Source of the DNA: an uncultured Methanoregulaceae archaeon
GTDB taxonomy: Archaea > Halobacteriota > Methanomicrobia > Methanomicrobiales > Methanospirillaceae
Assembly (NCBI GenBank): GCA_963737635.1
Contig: CAVTTL010000001.1
Span: forward strand, 288,001-352,000
Direction: 5' to 3'
Length of the DNA stretch: 64,000 nucleotides
Both the position numbers and the translations under genes were made by a program. The notes below the pieces were generated by a model. The model saw only the letters and a list, made by a program, of their open reading frames with translations. It had not been told where the DNA came from and did not search any database. This document shows, one piece after another, positions 42,247 to 53,904 of the stretch. Each line of letters starts with the position of its first letter. Position 1 is the first letter of the stretch.

Positions 42247-42612
42247 GATTTCTGCCCCCCCCTACCTTTTATGCGGGTAAATAGGTCTTTCTGATATGTT
42301 TGTCCGCAGGGTGCATAAATACATCATTATGGGGTGCTTTGGAAGCCTCCTAAAAAATAGCTATCACCGTAACTTACCTGAACCATGTGATTGTTCCTCA
42401 CGAGTACCGGTTGATGCGGACAGAACGGTCAGAAAGAAAGATTTCGCCTTTTCATAAAATGAAAAGATTAATTAACACGAGTAAGCCGCTATTATTCAGG
42501 TCTATCCCGGTGCCGGGCCGGCATGGCCGTTGCAGCCGGACGCGGTCACTCCAGAATCGCCGGTCACCCCGACCCCATCGATGGACCTGTGAGCATTGCC
42601 TCGGAGTTACCT

Positions 42613-44968
42613 ATGACAGAAAATCTCAGCCCAAAAGACCAGATGCGGGTCGCCATCGTCGATGACATGCACACAACCGACACCCCACAGGGCAGAGCCA
42701 TCTCCCGGATCATGGACGGACTTCGGCAGTTTGGGATCGAAGTCACCGATGTTGCCTCGCCTGATGATGCACGGGCGGCCTATTCGACCCTCGCTGCAAT
42801 AGACTGCATCCTTATCAACTGGAATATCGGGGGGAGTTCCCCCAGACGCCACGCTGATACTCAGCGTCTGATATGGCAGATACGTGAGATCAACGAGCAG
42901 ATCCCAATCTTCCTTATGGGAGAACCGACCAATGCGGCCCCAGTTGATCTCGATATGGAGATGGTCAAAGAGATCAACGAATACATCTGGGTGATGGAGG
43001 ACACCCCTGAGTTCATCGCGGGCAGGATCAGTGCCGCGGCCCGTCGGTACCGTGAACACCTTCTCCCACCGTTTTTCGGGGAGCTGGTACGATTCTCTAA
43101 AGATTTCGAATATTCCTGGCATACCCCCGGCCATGCGGGAGGCATTGCGTTCCTGAAATCACCCGCAGGACGGGCTTTTCATACCTTCTTTGGGGAGCAG
43201 CTCTTCCGGTCGGATCTTTCGATCTCAGTCGGAGAGCTGGGATCGCTGCTCGACCACTCCGGGCCGGTAGGAGCGGCGGAGCGGTACGCGGCCAAGGTCT
43301 TTGGTGCAGACCAAACCTATTTTGTGACAAATGGTACTTCAACAGCAAATAAGATCGTCTTTTTTGGGAGGGTGACAAAAGACGATATCGTCATTGTCGA
43401 TAGGAACTGCCATAAATCAAGCGAACATGCGCTCACCATGACCCATTCGGTGGCAGTCTACCTGATGCCGACCCGGAACCGGTACGGGATCATCGGCCCC
43501 ATTCCGCCTTCAGAGATGACACCCTCGGCGATCAAGAAAAAGACAGCCGCCTGCCCGCTTACCAAGGGATTAGCAGAAGCCAAACCCGTGCATGTGATCA
43601 TCACCAACTCCACCTACGACGGTCTCTGCTACCACGCGGCCGATGTCGAGGCACTGCTCGGGAAAAGCGTGGACAGTATTCACTTTGACGAAGCGTGGTA
43701 TGGCTATGCACGGTTCAACCCGCTCTACCGGGACCGGTTCGCGATGCGGGACGGCTCAAAGGATGAAAAAGGTCCGACCGTATTTGCCACCCAGTCCACC
43801 CACAAGCTGCTCGCAGCCCTCTCCCAAGCATCGATGGTTCATGTAAGGAACGGGCGTGTCCCCATCGAGCATGCCCGGTTTAACGAGGGTTTCATGATGC
43901 ATAGTTCCACCTCCCCGCTCTATACGATCATTGCATCACTTGACGTCTCCTCAAAGATGATGGAGGGCGCTTCCGGGAAGAGTACTGACAAACGAGTCCA
44001 TCGATGAGGCAATCCGGTTCCGGCGCATGATGGCCCGGATCCGGCACGAGATTGAGGGCCGTAAAAAAGGCAAGAGCGGTACACCTCATGACTGGTGGTT
44101 TGGGATGTGGCAGCCGGAGACGGTCACCGATCCGAAAACAAAAAAGAAGATCCCCTTCCAGGACGCACCAATCGATGTGCTCCGGAACGAGCCGTCAGCA
44201 TGGGTGCTCCACCCGGGGGATACCTGGCACGGCTTTTCCGGTTTCCCTGACAACTACTGCATGCTCGACCCCATCAAGGTAACCGTGCTGATGCCCGGTG
44301 TCAATGATGACGGATCGCTTGCCGACTGGGGCATCCCGGCGGCACTTGTCGTGAAATTCCTCGACACCCGCGGCATTATAAACGAGAAGTCCGGGGACTA
44401 TTCCATCCTGTTTTTATTCTCTATGGGCATCACCAAAGGAAAATGGGGGACACTTATAACCGAACTCTTCGAGTTCAAGCGGCACTATACAGAAAATACC
44501 CCGCTCGAAGAGATTTTCCCTGACCTTACAACTGCATGCCCCGGCCGGTACGCAGGCATGAAACTTCAGGATCTCGTCAAAGAGATGCATGAATTCAAGA
44601 AGGAGCACCGGATGTGCGAGCTCCTCGGCGAAGCTTTTGCGATCCTGCCGGAACCGGTGCGGACCTATGCGGACGCCTATGCGAGACTGGTGAAAAATGA
44701 GGTCGAATACCTGCCGGTGGAAAAAGCGGGTGACCGTATCCTGGCGACCGGTATCGTCCCCTATCCCCCGGGGATTCCCCTGCTTGCACCGGGGGAGAAG
44801 ACCGGGAAACTCTCGGGGCCGATCCTTCAGTACCTTAAAGCTCTTCAGGATTTCGACAATGCATTCCCGGGATTCTCGCACGATATTCACGGAATCGAGA
44901 TGGTAAACGGGAAGTACATGATGTACTGCCTTAAAGAGACCGGCAGGAAAAAGGTGAAACGATCGTGA
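42613..44968 (+). CDS. Orn/Lys/Arg decarboxylase (AdiA/CadA family), +1 frameshift near 43980
   Basis: Receiver-like wing domain, WHTPGHAGG, VTNGTS, DRNCHKS, HFDEAW, QSTHK, LDPIKVT, VPYPPGIP. Confidence 0.93.
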
Positions 44969-46392
44969 GCGAAGAAAACAAGAAAACGGCTCCCCTGCAA
45001 AGGAAAAAGATCCTTGGTGTCTTTGCCCTTGCGATGATAAACGTTGCCGCAGTCTTAAGCATCAGGAATTTCCCGTCAATGGCGGAGTACGGCTGGTCAA
45101 GCATAGGGTGGTACATCATCGGGACAATCCTCTTTTTGATCCCGATCTCGCTTGCCGGTGCTGAACTTGCTACCGGCTGGCCGGAAGGCGGAGGTATTTA
45201 TGCATGGGTTAAGCGGGCGTTTGGCGATACCGGGGGATTTATGGCGATCTTCTGCGAATGGTCCAACAACCTTGTCTGGTTCCCGACGGTACTAGCGTTT
45301 ATTGCGTCGACGCTGGCGTTCGCACTCACTCCGACACTTGCAAACAACCCCCACTATATGTTTATCGTCATGATGGCCGCGTTCTGGGGAACGACCCTGA
45401 TTGCCCTGTCAGACCCGGAGCTCACCAACAAATTTTCCAATGTCGGTGTTATTCTGGGAAGTATTATCCCGGCAGTCCTGATCATTGCGCTTGGTGTGAT
45501 CTGGATCGCAGGAGGATCAAAGACTGTGCTGCCACCGTTTTCTTTTGGAGCAATGCTCCCTACGATCACCTTCTCAACCCTGCCCTTCTTTGCTACCATC
45601 GTCCTGCTCTTCTCGGGAATGGAGATGGCAGGATTTCATGCCCTTGAGACAAAAAATCCCCAGAAAGACTACCCACGAGCCATGGCATTTTCTGCCATCA
45701 TTATCTTTGTCTGCACGGTACTTGCCACGCTCGCGATCGCTTTTGTGATCCCGGCAAACCAGTTGAATCTTGCATCGGGAGTTATGCAGGCAATCCAGTA
45801 CTTCTTCGTCTCGTTTGGTCTTTCCGCCTTGGTAGCACCCATGGCCCTCCTGATCACCATCGGTGGTGTCGTTCTTCTGGCGGCATGGCTTATCGGGCCG
45901 GCGAAAGGTCTTGGTGTGGTTGCAGAGGATGGGAATATGCCCCCTCTGTTTGACCGGACCAACAAGCACGGCTCACCGGTGGCAATCCTCATCATCCAGG
46001 CCATCATCGGCTCGATTATTTCCCTTCTCTACGTCTTTCTTCCTTCGGTTAATGCTGCATACTGGCTCCTGTCTGCTATCACGACCGAGCTTTTGGCCAT
46101 CGTATACCTGTTCGTCTTTGCAGCGCTCATCAAGCTGCGGTACAACCAGCCGGACACGCCACGGCCGTTCAAGATCCCCGGGGGGATGATTGGCGTCTGG
46201 ATCGTGGGAGGCCTTGGAGCATTCGGCGTCATCTTCACCTTTATCGTAGGACTAATTCCCCCGTCGTTCTTTGCAAATGGACCAGCCTATGTCGCAGCCG
46301 TACTCATAGGTACCTTTATTCTTGCCGTCCCACCACTGATCTTCTTAAAATATAAGAAAACCTCATGGAAAGCCACACCTCCTGGGAACTAA
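44965..46392 (+). CDS. APC family amino acid permease/antiporter (GadC-like)
   Basis: AVLSIRNFP, GGIYAWVKRAFG, FSGMEM, PRPFKIPGG; about 12 TMs; overlaps the decarboxylase stop. Confidence 0.92.
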   Translation: MSEENKKTAPLQRKKILGVFALAMINVAAVLSIRNFPSMAEYGWSSIGWYIIGTILFLIPISLAGAELATGWPEGGGIYAWVKRAFGDTGGFMAIFCEWSNNLVWFPTVLAFIASTLAFALTPTLANNPHYMFIVMMAAFWGTTLIALSDPELTNKFSNVGVILGSIIPAVLIIALGVIWIAGGSKTVLPPFSFGAMLPTITFSTLPFFATIVLLFSGMEMAGFHALETKNPQKDYPRAMAFSAIIIFVCTVLATLAIAFVIPANQLNLASGVMQAIQYFFVSFGLSALVAPMALLITIGGVVLLAAWLIGPAKGLGVVAEDGNMPPLFDRTNKHGSPVAILIIQAIIGSIISLLYVFLPSVNAAYWLLSAITTELLAIVYLFVFAALIKLRYNQPDTPRPFKIPGGMIGVWIVGGLGAFGVIFTFIVGLIPPSFFANGPAYVAAVLIGTFILAVPPLIFLKYKKTSWKATPPGN

Positions 46393-46465
46393 TGCATTAC
46401 CCTCTCTTTTTGTTATAGAGATTCAAAACGCAATTCTCATCTCTCATGGACGGTAACATCCCTCT

Positions 46466-47953
46466 ATGAGTGGTTATGGTACCGGTGCTGCCAGATCCGG
46501 CTTTTTCCTTCTGGTTTTCTCTATCTCGCTTGCCACGTTTATGGCCGGTCTCGACGGCACGATCGTAAACATTGCCCTCCCGACCATCTCACAGGCTTTC
46601 AACGTATCATCGACCACCGTGAGCTGGGTCGCCACTGCCTACCTGCTCGTGATGGCCGGCTGCGTACTGGTCTTTGGGAAGATCTCGGATATTATCGGGT
46701 TTAAGCGGATCTTTCTGTTAGGGTTTGTCATTTTTACGCTTGGCTCGTTTGCTTGTGGTTCCCTGCCGGACATCTTTGGTTCGCTGACCGTGTTGATCGG
46801 CGCACGTATGGTCCAGGCGGTCGGGGGCGCGATGATCACCGCGATTGCCCCGGCCATGGTGATTGCCTATATACCAAGGGAGGATATTGGAAAGGCGATG
46901 GGGATTGTCATGACACTGGCCGCGCTTGGGACAGCACTTGGGCCGACCATCGGTGGCGTCCTGACCCAGTACCTCTCGTGGCACTGGATCTTCTTTATCA
47001 ATGTACCGGTGGGAATAGGTGCAGTCCTCCTCGGGGAGAAAGTGATCCCATCATCGACCGGCAAAGGTTCTCTTGCCGGCTTTGACCGGGCTGGCGCCCT
47101 GCTTATCTTCTGTGGTCTCGCTTCCCTGCTTTTTGTTGTTGCCGAGGGGGAGGATCTGGGCTGGACTTCTCCGACCATACTGGTCCTTGCCGCTGTCGCC
47201 CTTGGTACCCTTGGATGGTTTGTGTGGCATGAATGCCGAGTCGCTGACCCGCTTCTCGACTTCGGGCTTTTTAGGAATAAAAATTTCCTCGCAACGAATC
47301 TTTTACTCTCGCTTGTCTTTTTCAGCTTTGCCGGGATCAACTATCTCCTGCCCTTCTACCTGAAATATGTCAGTGCTTATGATACCTCCGATGCCGGTTT
47401 CATTATGACCTCGCTTTCCTTTGCGATGATGGGGGCCGGTATTCTCGCCGGGGTTCTCTTCAACCGGGTAGGACCAAAGAAGCTCTGCATCGCGGCCGGA
47501 GTTCTTCTAGTGGCAGGCTATTTCTGTATCATGCAGCTTCATTCGGATACCCCGGTCCAGTACGTCGTCCTCTGCCTCGTACTCATCGGCCTTGGACTGG
47601 GCCTTGTCATCACACCTGCATCGAACATGGTGATGAACTCAGTTTCGAAGGCAAAACAGGGGATGATCTCGAGCCTCACCAGTCTCGAACGCTTTGTCCC
47701 CCTTACCCTCGGGATAGCCATGTCCAACCTGATCTTTTTATGGGGGCTCCTCTCCGTTGCTGCAAACCACAACGTGACGCGGGAATCCCCGATCGATCTT
47801 CAGCTTAAGGTAGTCACGGCCGGCTTTGATCTCGCATTCCTTGGCTCCTTTATACTCGGCCTCATTATCCTCATCCTGACGTTAGTGATACACCAGGAGA
47901 TCCACCCGGACTATCAGGACGAATCGGCTGGTAGTGGGCCGGGAATGATCTGA
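46466..47953 (+). CDS. MFS drug:H+ antiporter (DHA2)
   Basis: LDGTIVNIALPTI, GKISDIIG, WIFFINVPVG. Confidence 0.95.
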   Translation: MSGYGTGAARSGFFLLVFSISLATFMAGLDGTIVNIALPTISQAFNVSSTTVSWVATAYLLVMAGCVLVFGKISDIIGFKRIFLLGFVIFTLGSFACGSLPDIFGSLTVLIGARMVQAVGGAMITAIAPAMVIAYIPREDIGKAMGIVMTLAALGTALGPTIGGVLTQYLSWHWIFFINVPVGIGAVLLGEKVIPSSTGKGSLAGFDRAGALLIFCGLASLLFVVAEGEDLGWTSPTILVLAAVALGTLGWFVWHECRVADPLLDFGLFRNKNFLATNLLLSLVFFSFAGINYLLPFYLKYVSAYDTSDAGFIMTSLSFAMMGAGILAGVLFNRVGPKKLCIAAGVLLVAGYFCIMQLHSDTPVQYVVLCLVLIGLGLGLVITPASNMVMNSVSKAKQGMISSLTSLERFVPLTLGIAMSNLIFLWGLLSVAANHNVTRESPIDLQLKVVTAGFDLAFLGSFILGLIILILTLVIHQEIHPDYQDESAGSGPGMI

Positions 47954-48145
47954 AAGGGGTATAAAATTCGGTGCTGTTGGGTTAATGATATCGTCGTGAC
48001 GTATCAATGTTTAAAAGTCCCGACGATGCGATAGAACCGTCCATTGCGATAATTTTTTAAAGAATATCCAAAGAATTGTTAAATATTGAATTGTCTTGTG
48101 TTTTTCCAGAGAAGTCTTTCCGCATTTCGCATTGTCCGGATTATT

Positions 48146-48721
48146 CTATGAACGGAACCCATAGACACGTTTGATCCGGTGGGCGATTGTCTTCCAGTCT
48201 TCCTTTCTCATAAGGGGGCCATCGCGCAGCTTGATATGGGAAAGGGTAAACCGTTTTCCATCAACTACGTATTTCTGCCCGACAACAAACTCGTCTTCTC
48301 CTTCGCATTCCATATACAGGGGGATCGTCTTCCTACCGTCGTGGACTGAGATCTTCACGACAACGCGGTCGATGGTCCGGGTCCACAACGTGGTTATATC
48401 CCTTACCTTTGCCCGTGGCAGCCGTTTCCCGCCACACTCGATCGCCGTAACTTCAACCCCATAGGCTTCCTCGCCGCATTCCGCGACAAGATGATCGTCA
48501 AGAAAACACTCGTCTTCCGGGTCAAATTCGATGATTCCGGTCAGTGAGGTTCCTTCCATGGAGACAATGGTCTTTATCACCACCATTTCAGGCTCTTTTT
48601 CCCAGGGAATCCGGTGGTGGTGACCACACGCGGTGCACCTGACGAGGCGGTCGCGGGATTCAGAGAGGACCTCATGCTCGGTTTCTTCCCCGCACTCAGG
48701 ACACAAAACGGTGATAAACAT
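48146..48721 (-). CDS. HVO_0476 family zinc-finger protein
   Basis: CPECGEETEHEVL...VRCTACGHHH; EVTAIE; TLWTR. Confidence 0.88.
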   Translation of the reverse strand: MFITVLCPECGEETEHEVLSESRDRLVRCTACGHHHRIPWEKEPEMVVIKTIVSMEGTSLTGIIEFDPEDECFLDDHLVAECGEEAYGVEVTAIECGGKRLPRAKVRDITTLWTRTIDRVVVKISVHDGRKTIPLYMECEGEDEFVVGQKYVVDGKRFTLSHIKLRDGPLMRKEDWKTIAHRIKRVYGFRS

Positions 48722-48756
48722 TAAAATATGATTGGCGACCCTCACATGATAAAAGC

Positions 48757-49186
48757 ATGGAAGCGCACGAGATTATCCGGTGCCAGGGGCATCCCCTCGT
48801 TCTAGGCACCCATCCGACTACCTTTGAGCTGACCTGCGAGGAGCATCTTTCCCACAACGGCAACTGTATCATCGGCGTCGCTGCAGACAAAGGATGTGCC
48901 GGCCTCTCCAAAGAATTCCGGTCTCTTCTCGCCAACGATGATGCAGTGCTTGTGACCCGGCTTTGCGTTGGTAGCGTTATCGCAGAAGTGAGATCGCATG
49001 GCTCACCTCACCTCACGCTCGCTCACCCGGCCGATCTGGTCTGGCGGCGGAGTACATTTACCTGCGAAAGGACTATCGGCGTCTGCTCGGATCGGGTCGC
49101 TGCAACGCTACCGCGGGAGCTGATTGCCCGGACTCCGGGGCGGGGCAGAGATGACCGTTATGCTGACCGTCACACGTCCCGGCTGA
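48757..49186 (+). CDS. DUF371 domain protein, +1 frameshift near 49131
   Basis: GHPLVLGTHPTTFELT...GNCIIGVAAD...LVWRRSTF. Confidence 0.88.
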
Positions 49187-49355
49187 GTGTCGTAATCTTT
49201 TCTTCGGCGTCGGCAAGCAGGGTTTCGCATTGCTTTACGAGCACTGCACCTTGTTCGTATAACTTCATACTCTCGTCAAGGCTCGTGCCGCCGTCCTCAA
49301 TCTTTGCAATGATCTGCCGTAACTGCTCTATCTTCTCCTCATAGGTTTCCGTCAT
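49170..49355 (-). CDS. xseB: Exodeoxyribonuclease VII small subunit
   Basis: TYEEKIEQLRQIIAKIEDG...LDESMKLYEQG...L.DAEEKI. Confidence 0.93.
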   Translation of the reverse strand: MTETYEEKIEQLRQIIAKIEDGGTSLDESMKLYEQGAVLVKQCETLLADAEEKITTLSRDV

Positions 49356-50615
49356 AATCCACACGCTCTGCCACAACCCGGCTCCTGCCGTCGTAAAACC
49401 GCAGGTCCAGCCGGTCATCTTTCCTCAGGGTCTCAACCGATCTCACTACAGTGCCATCTTTTTCCGCCACGCAATAGCCCCGGGCCAGTACCGCACGCGG
49501 GCTCCTTCCTTCGAGCGCCGTTTTCATCTCTGCGAGCATAAGGCGGTCACGTTCGATCCGGGTGACAAACGCCCGTTCAAGCCGGTCGGAGAGATCCAGC
49601 TGTTGCCTGTCGTTTCTCGCTGATCATCCGGGAGAACCGTTGCGGGCGGAGGCGGTCCCGGAGATCGGCGATCTCCTCACTTGCTCGTGAGATCCGCGTA
49701 AGCAGGGCGGCACTCGAGCTGGCACTGGAGATCCCCAAGCGCGATCTGGAGGTCTTTTCGGTCCGGTACAACCAGTTCGGCCGCAGCTGAGGGTGTCGGC
49801 GCCCGCACATCTGCAGCGAGATCGGCAAGGGTTACGTCCACCTCGTGGCCAATGGCCGAGACGACCGGTACCGGGCAGGTAGCAATTGCCCGGACAACGT
49901 CAGGATGGTTGAAGGGGAAGAGATCCTCAAAACTTCCTCCACCCCGGGCAACGATCACGACGTCGGCATGTGCCGCGACACGTGCGATGGCCCGTGCGAT
50001 CTCAGTAGGTGCATTTTCTCCCTGTACAGCAGCAGGGGAAATGACAATTTCCACCGGAAAACGACGGGCAATAACGGTACGGATATCGTGGATGACCGCC
50101 CCGGTCTCCGAAGTGACCACTCCCACCCGTGTGGGAAACGACGGCAGCGGACGTTTGCGCTCGGTGGCAAACCATCCCTCTTGGGCGAGTTCTTTTCGCC
50201 ACCGTTCGACAAGCAGGTACTTCTCCCCGGCACCACCCTTTGTCATCTTTTTGACTTGTAACTGGTAGGACCCCTGTGGCGGGTACACCCGGACCGAACC
50301 GGTAACAACCACCTCCACACCGTCTTCTGGTACAAAGGAAAGCCGTTCGGCATCCGACCGCCACATAACACACTTGATCACTGCAGCCATACTGCCTCCT
50401 TCTTTCTCGGAGAGGGAAAAATACCGGTGGCCACGGCTGTGGCGCTTATAGTTGGTGATCTCGCCTAGCACCCTGACATCCTGCAACTGCGGGGCATCGA
50501 GGAGACATTCAATTATCTCACTGACTTCCCGGACGGTAAGCGGCGTATCTGGTACTACGGGAATTTCCTTCTGTGCCTTTTCATCTGAAGGCTCGGTGCC
50601 GTAAAACCAGTCCAT
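49339..50615 (-). CDS. xseA: Exodeoxyribonuclease VII large subunit, two +1 frameshifts (near 49713 and 49605)
   Basis: GEITN...GHRYFSL, ARGGGSFEDL, SAIGHEVD, APTPSAAAE, SPRAVLARGY. Confidence 0.93.
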
Positions 50616-50657
50616 CAGGATTTATTATGCACAAAGCGCTTATCAATTAGTATTATC

Positions 50658-51485
50658 ATGACCGCCTATGGCGTTTCGAGCATGTTCTTCCATGAATACA
50701 CTTCCGGGGAGATCTTCTCATCTGTTGCACAATCGGGCCTTGACGGGATCGAATACTGGCTTGAGACACCCCACTTCTGGCTCCGCGATCTCCCTGTCGA
50801 AGAAGTGATCGCCTACCGGCGGGCACACCCGGAGATCACCACCTTTCATGTCCATACACCCGTTCTCGACCTCAATCCCTGTTCTATCAATCCCGAGGTT
50901 GCGGAGATCTCGGTCGCCTCTGCGGTCCGGTCGCTCGCTATGGCGCAGGCGCTGGGGGCCCGCGTTTTCACGGTACATCCCGGGCGGAGAACAGCAAAGC
51001 GGCCCCCGGGTGATGCGGATCTCGCCCGGTTTGACCACTATATATCCGCGCTCCGGGATGCGGCCGTCAGGGACACGGTAACCGTTGCTCTCGAAAACAT
51101 GGAACCGGTAATCAACTCCCTTATCTATACACCTGAGAAAATGCGGGAAGTCCTTGATGCCGAACCGTGGCTCCGGTTCACGCTTGATACCTCCCACGCA
51201 TTGATGACCTCAGAGGAGACCGTGATGCGGTATATCGATCTCTGTGCAGACAGGCTTACAAACGTTCATCTCAGCCGGGCAGAACATGGCCGGGTCCATC
51301 TGCCGCTGGACAAGAGCCCGGTGATTGCCAGGATCCTTGCCTCGCTCCGCGACCACCATTACCAGGGTGCCCTGGTGCTCGAGATCGACGATCTCAACTT
51401 CAAGTGGCCGCTCTCCGCCCGGGAAAAATGCGCAATCCTTGCAAAGGATCTCTCGTTTGCAAGAGAATGCATGGAACCGGCCTGA
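50658..51485 (+). CDS. Sugar phosphate isomerase/epimerase (AP endonuclease 2 TIM barrel)
   Basis: VHTP, TVHPG, LENM, TLDTSH, VHLS, HLP, VLEI. Confidence 0.88.
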   Translation: MTAYGVSSMFFHEYTSGEIFSSVAQSGLDGIEYWLETPHFWLRDLPVEEVIAYRRAHPEITTFHVHTPVLDLNPCSINPEVAEISVASAVRSLAMAQALGARVFTVHPGRRTAKRPPGDADLARFDHYISALRDAAVRDTVTVALENMEPVINSLIYTPEKMREVLDAEPWLRFTLDTSHALMTSEETVMRYIDLCADRLTNVHLSRAEHGRVHLPLDKSPVIARILASLRDHHYQGALVLEIDDLNFKWPLSAREKCAILAKDLSFARECMEPA

Positions 51486-51594
51486 TCAGGAGTGCCGTCG
51501 TCCGTTGGTTTTATTAAATCACATTCCCCATACTTGCTGTAGATACCTTCTATGAACCAAAGATACGGTCGTGCTCCTCACGGCGTGAAAGAAG

Positions 51595-52872
51595 ATGATT
51601 GAAGACTTTTTTTATCTTCTGCTCTTTATCATCTGCATCCTGCTCTCCGCTTTTTTTTCCAGTTCGGAAGTTGCCCTGATCTCTATTACTAAAGCACGAG
51701 TGCGAACGCTAGTTAATGATAAGAAGCCCGGCGCTCTTACACTTGCCACCTTAAAAGAGAAGCCGGATCATTTCCTGATAACCATCCTGATAGGAAATAC
51801 GATTGTCAATATAGCTGCTGCTGCCATCGCTACTGCTATTGCAATCAGTGTATTTGGCAGTATTGGTGTTGGAATAGCCACCGGTGTTGTGGTTATCATT
51901 CTGCTGATCTTTGGCGAGATTGGGCCCAAGATTTACGCAACCCGTGCCCCGGATACGTTTCCCCGGGCCGTAGCCCCGGTCATTCTCTTCCTCTCACGCC
52001 TGCTCTCTCCCGTTATCTGGATTGTCGAGCGGGTGAGCCCGTCCCTTGGTGTCGGGAGAGATAACGGGGAGCCCGCCGTAACTGAGGATGAGATCAAGGA
52101 ATGGATAGACGTTGGCAAGGAAGAAGGCACCATCGAGCAGGATGAAAAAGAGATGCTGTATTCGGTGCTCGAGTTCGGCGACACGACGGCCCGGGAGATC
52201 ATGACCCCTCGCGTCGATGTTATCCTTATGGAGGATACCACTGAGATCGACGATGCGATCCAGATCTTCAATGAAACCGGTTTTTCCCGTATTCCAGTCT
52301 ACCACGAGCAGATCGATAACATCACTGGTGTCCTCAACGTAAAGGATGTCTTCTCTGCAATGGTCTCCAAAAGGAAGGATATTTCGATAAAAGAGATCAT
52401 GTACGACCCGACCTTTGTGCCGGAAACGAAGAAAATTGACGACCTCTTAAAGGAACTTCAGGTCCACCGGGTCCAGATTGCCATCGTTATCGACGAGTAC
52501 AGCAGCTTTGTGGGGATTGTCACGGTTGAGGATATCCTTGAAGAACTCGTCGGCGACATCCGTGACGAATACGACCGGGAAGAACCTGACGTGCAGAAGA
52601 TCGCGGATGGGGTCTATGTGCTTGACGCCCAGATGTGGGTAGAAGATATCAACGATGAGCTTGGCCTTGCGCTACCTATGGACGAGTCGTACGAGACTGT
52701 CGGCGGACTTTTGATCGACCGGCTTGGCCACATCCCGCAGCACCCGGGAGAGAAAGTCGAAATCGAGGCAGGCAGGATCACGCTTGTCGTCATGCAGATG
52801 CACGGCCGGCGCATCGTAAAGATCAAGTGCGTTATTCGCCCCGATACACACGATGGGGGAGAGAACCGGTAA
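51595..52872 (+). CDS. CNNM/hemolysin (DUF21-CBS-CorC) family protein
   Basis: SAFFSSSEVAL, FGEIGPK, IMTPRVD, FSRIPVY, TVEDILEELVGDI. Confidence 0.95.
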   Translation: MIEDFFYLLLFIICILLSAFFSSSEVALISITKARVRTLVNDKKPGALTLATLKEKPDHFLITILIGNTIVNIAAAAIATAIAISVFGSIGVGIATGVVVIILLIFGEIGPKIYATRAPDTFPRAVAPVILFLSRLLSPVIWIVERVSPSLGVGRDNGEPAVTEDEIKEWIDVGKEEGTIEQDEKEMLYSVLEFGDTTAREIMTPRVDVILMEDTTEIDDAIQIFNETGFSRIPVYHEQIDNITGVLNVKDVFSAMVSKRKDISIKEIMYDPTFVPETKKIDDLLKELQVHRVQIAIVIDEYSSFVGIVTVEDILEELVGDIRDEYDREEPDVQKIADGVYVLDAQMWVEDINDELGLALPMDESYETVGGLLIDRLGHIPQHPGEKVEIEAGRITLVVMQMHGRRIVKIKCVIRPDTHDGGENR

Positions 52873-52882
52873 CGGGAAAATC

Positions 52883-53491
52883 ATGGTTGCAAAACGGATT
52901 GTTGCTGTCGCGTCTGGATGGGGCTCGAATTTTCAGGCAGTCATCGATGCCATCAAGAGAGGAACCGTTCCCGCGGCCTGCGTAGGACTCGTCACCGATA
53001 ACCCAAAAGCGTTCGCGATTCAGAGGGCAGAGACTGCTGGCATCCCCGTCACGGTGATTGATTTTGCAGCGTTTGCTACCCGCGAACTCTACGAGCAGGC
53101 ACTACTCGCCGCACTTAGGAATATACAGCCCGATCTTGTGGTGCTCGCCGGTTATATGCGGATTCTCGGGGGAGAGATTGTACGCGAGTATACCGGGAGG
53201 ATGATCAATATCCACCCGGCGCTCCTCCCCAGTTTTGCCGGCATCCATGCCCAGCGCCAGGCCCTCCTGCACGGGGTAAAAGTTACCGGATGTACGGTGC
53301 ACTTTGTCGATGAGAACCTTGACGGTGGCCCCATCATCCTCCAGCGGTGTGTCCGGGTGATGGATGACGATGATGAGGACGTGCTTTCCCAGCGCATTCT
53401 CATTCAGGAGCATATCGCACTCCCGGAAGCAGTCAGGCTTTTCTGCGAGGACCGGCTCACTCTTGAGGGAAGAAAAGTCCTGACGCGGTAA
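52883..53491 (+). CDS. purN: Phosphoribosylglycinamide formyltransferase
   Basis: SGWGSN, LAGYMRIL, INIHPALLP, GCTVHFVD. Confidence 0.96.
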   Translation: MVAKRIVAVASGWGSNFQAVIDAIKRGTVPAACVGLVTDNPKAFAIQRAETAGIPVTVIDFAAFATRELYEQALLAALRNIQPDLVVLAGYMRILGGEIVREYTGRMINIHPALLPSFAGIHAQRQALLHGVKVTGCTVHFVDENLDGGPIILQRCVRVMDDDDEDVLSQRILIQEHIALPEAVRLFCEDRLTLEGRKVLTR

Positions 53492-53589
53492 ACGACTCTT
53501 TTCCGAGTGACGTCTATTTCTGCCGGGGTACCCTCTTTTTATATCTTGGGATGCTGATAGTATGACACCTGCAGGCTGACCCGTTGACC

Positions 53590-53904
53590 ATGAAGGATAG
53601 AAAACGCACCACCTCTGTAAAACCCCTGGCACAGGAGCGTATTGCGGTTCTTTTTTCGGAAGCGGAGAAGATATTCCATGAGCATCCCGGGTACAGCAAC
53701 CGTTATGTTGCTCTTGCCCGGAAGATTGCCATGCGCGAGCGTGTCAGAATCGACCGGGAATACCGGCGCCGGTTCTGCCACCACTGCTACCGGTATCTGG
53801 TGCCTGGGGTAAATATGCGGGTGCGGGTACATCATGGGTGGGTGGCGGTTACCTGCCTTGAGTGCAGGAAGATAACACGGTACCGGATGGAGGGATCCAC
53901 GTGA
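53590..53904 (+). CDS. rnp4: Ribonuclease P protein component 4 (Rpp21)
   Basis: LAQERIAVLF...RYVALARKI...FCHHC...TCLEC. Confidence 0.95.
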   Translation: MKDRKRTTSVKPLAQERIAVLFSEAEKIFHEHPGYSNRYVALARKIAMRERVRIDREYRRRFCHHCYRYLVPGVNMRVRVHHGWVAVTCLECRKITRYRMEGST

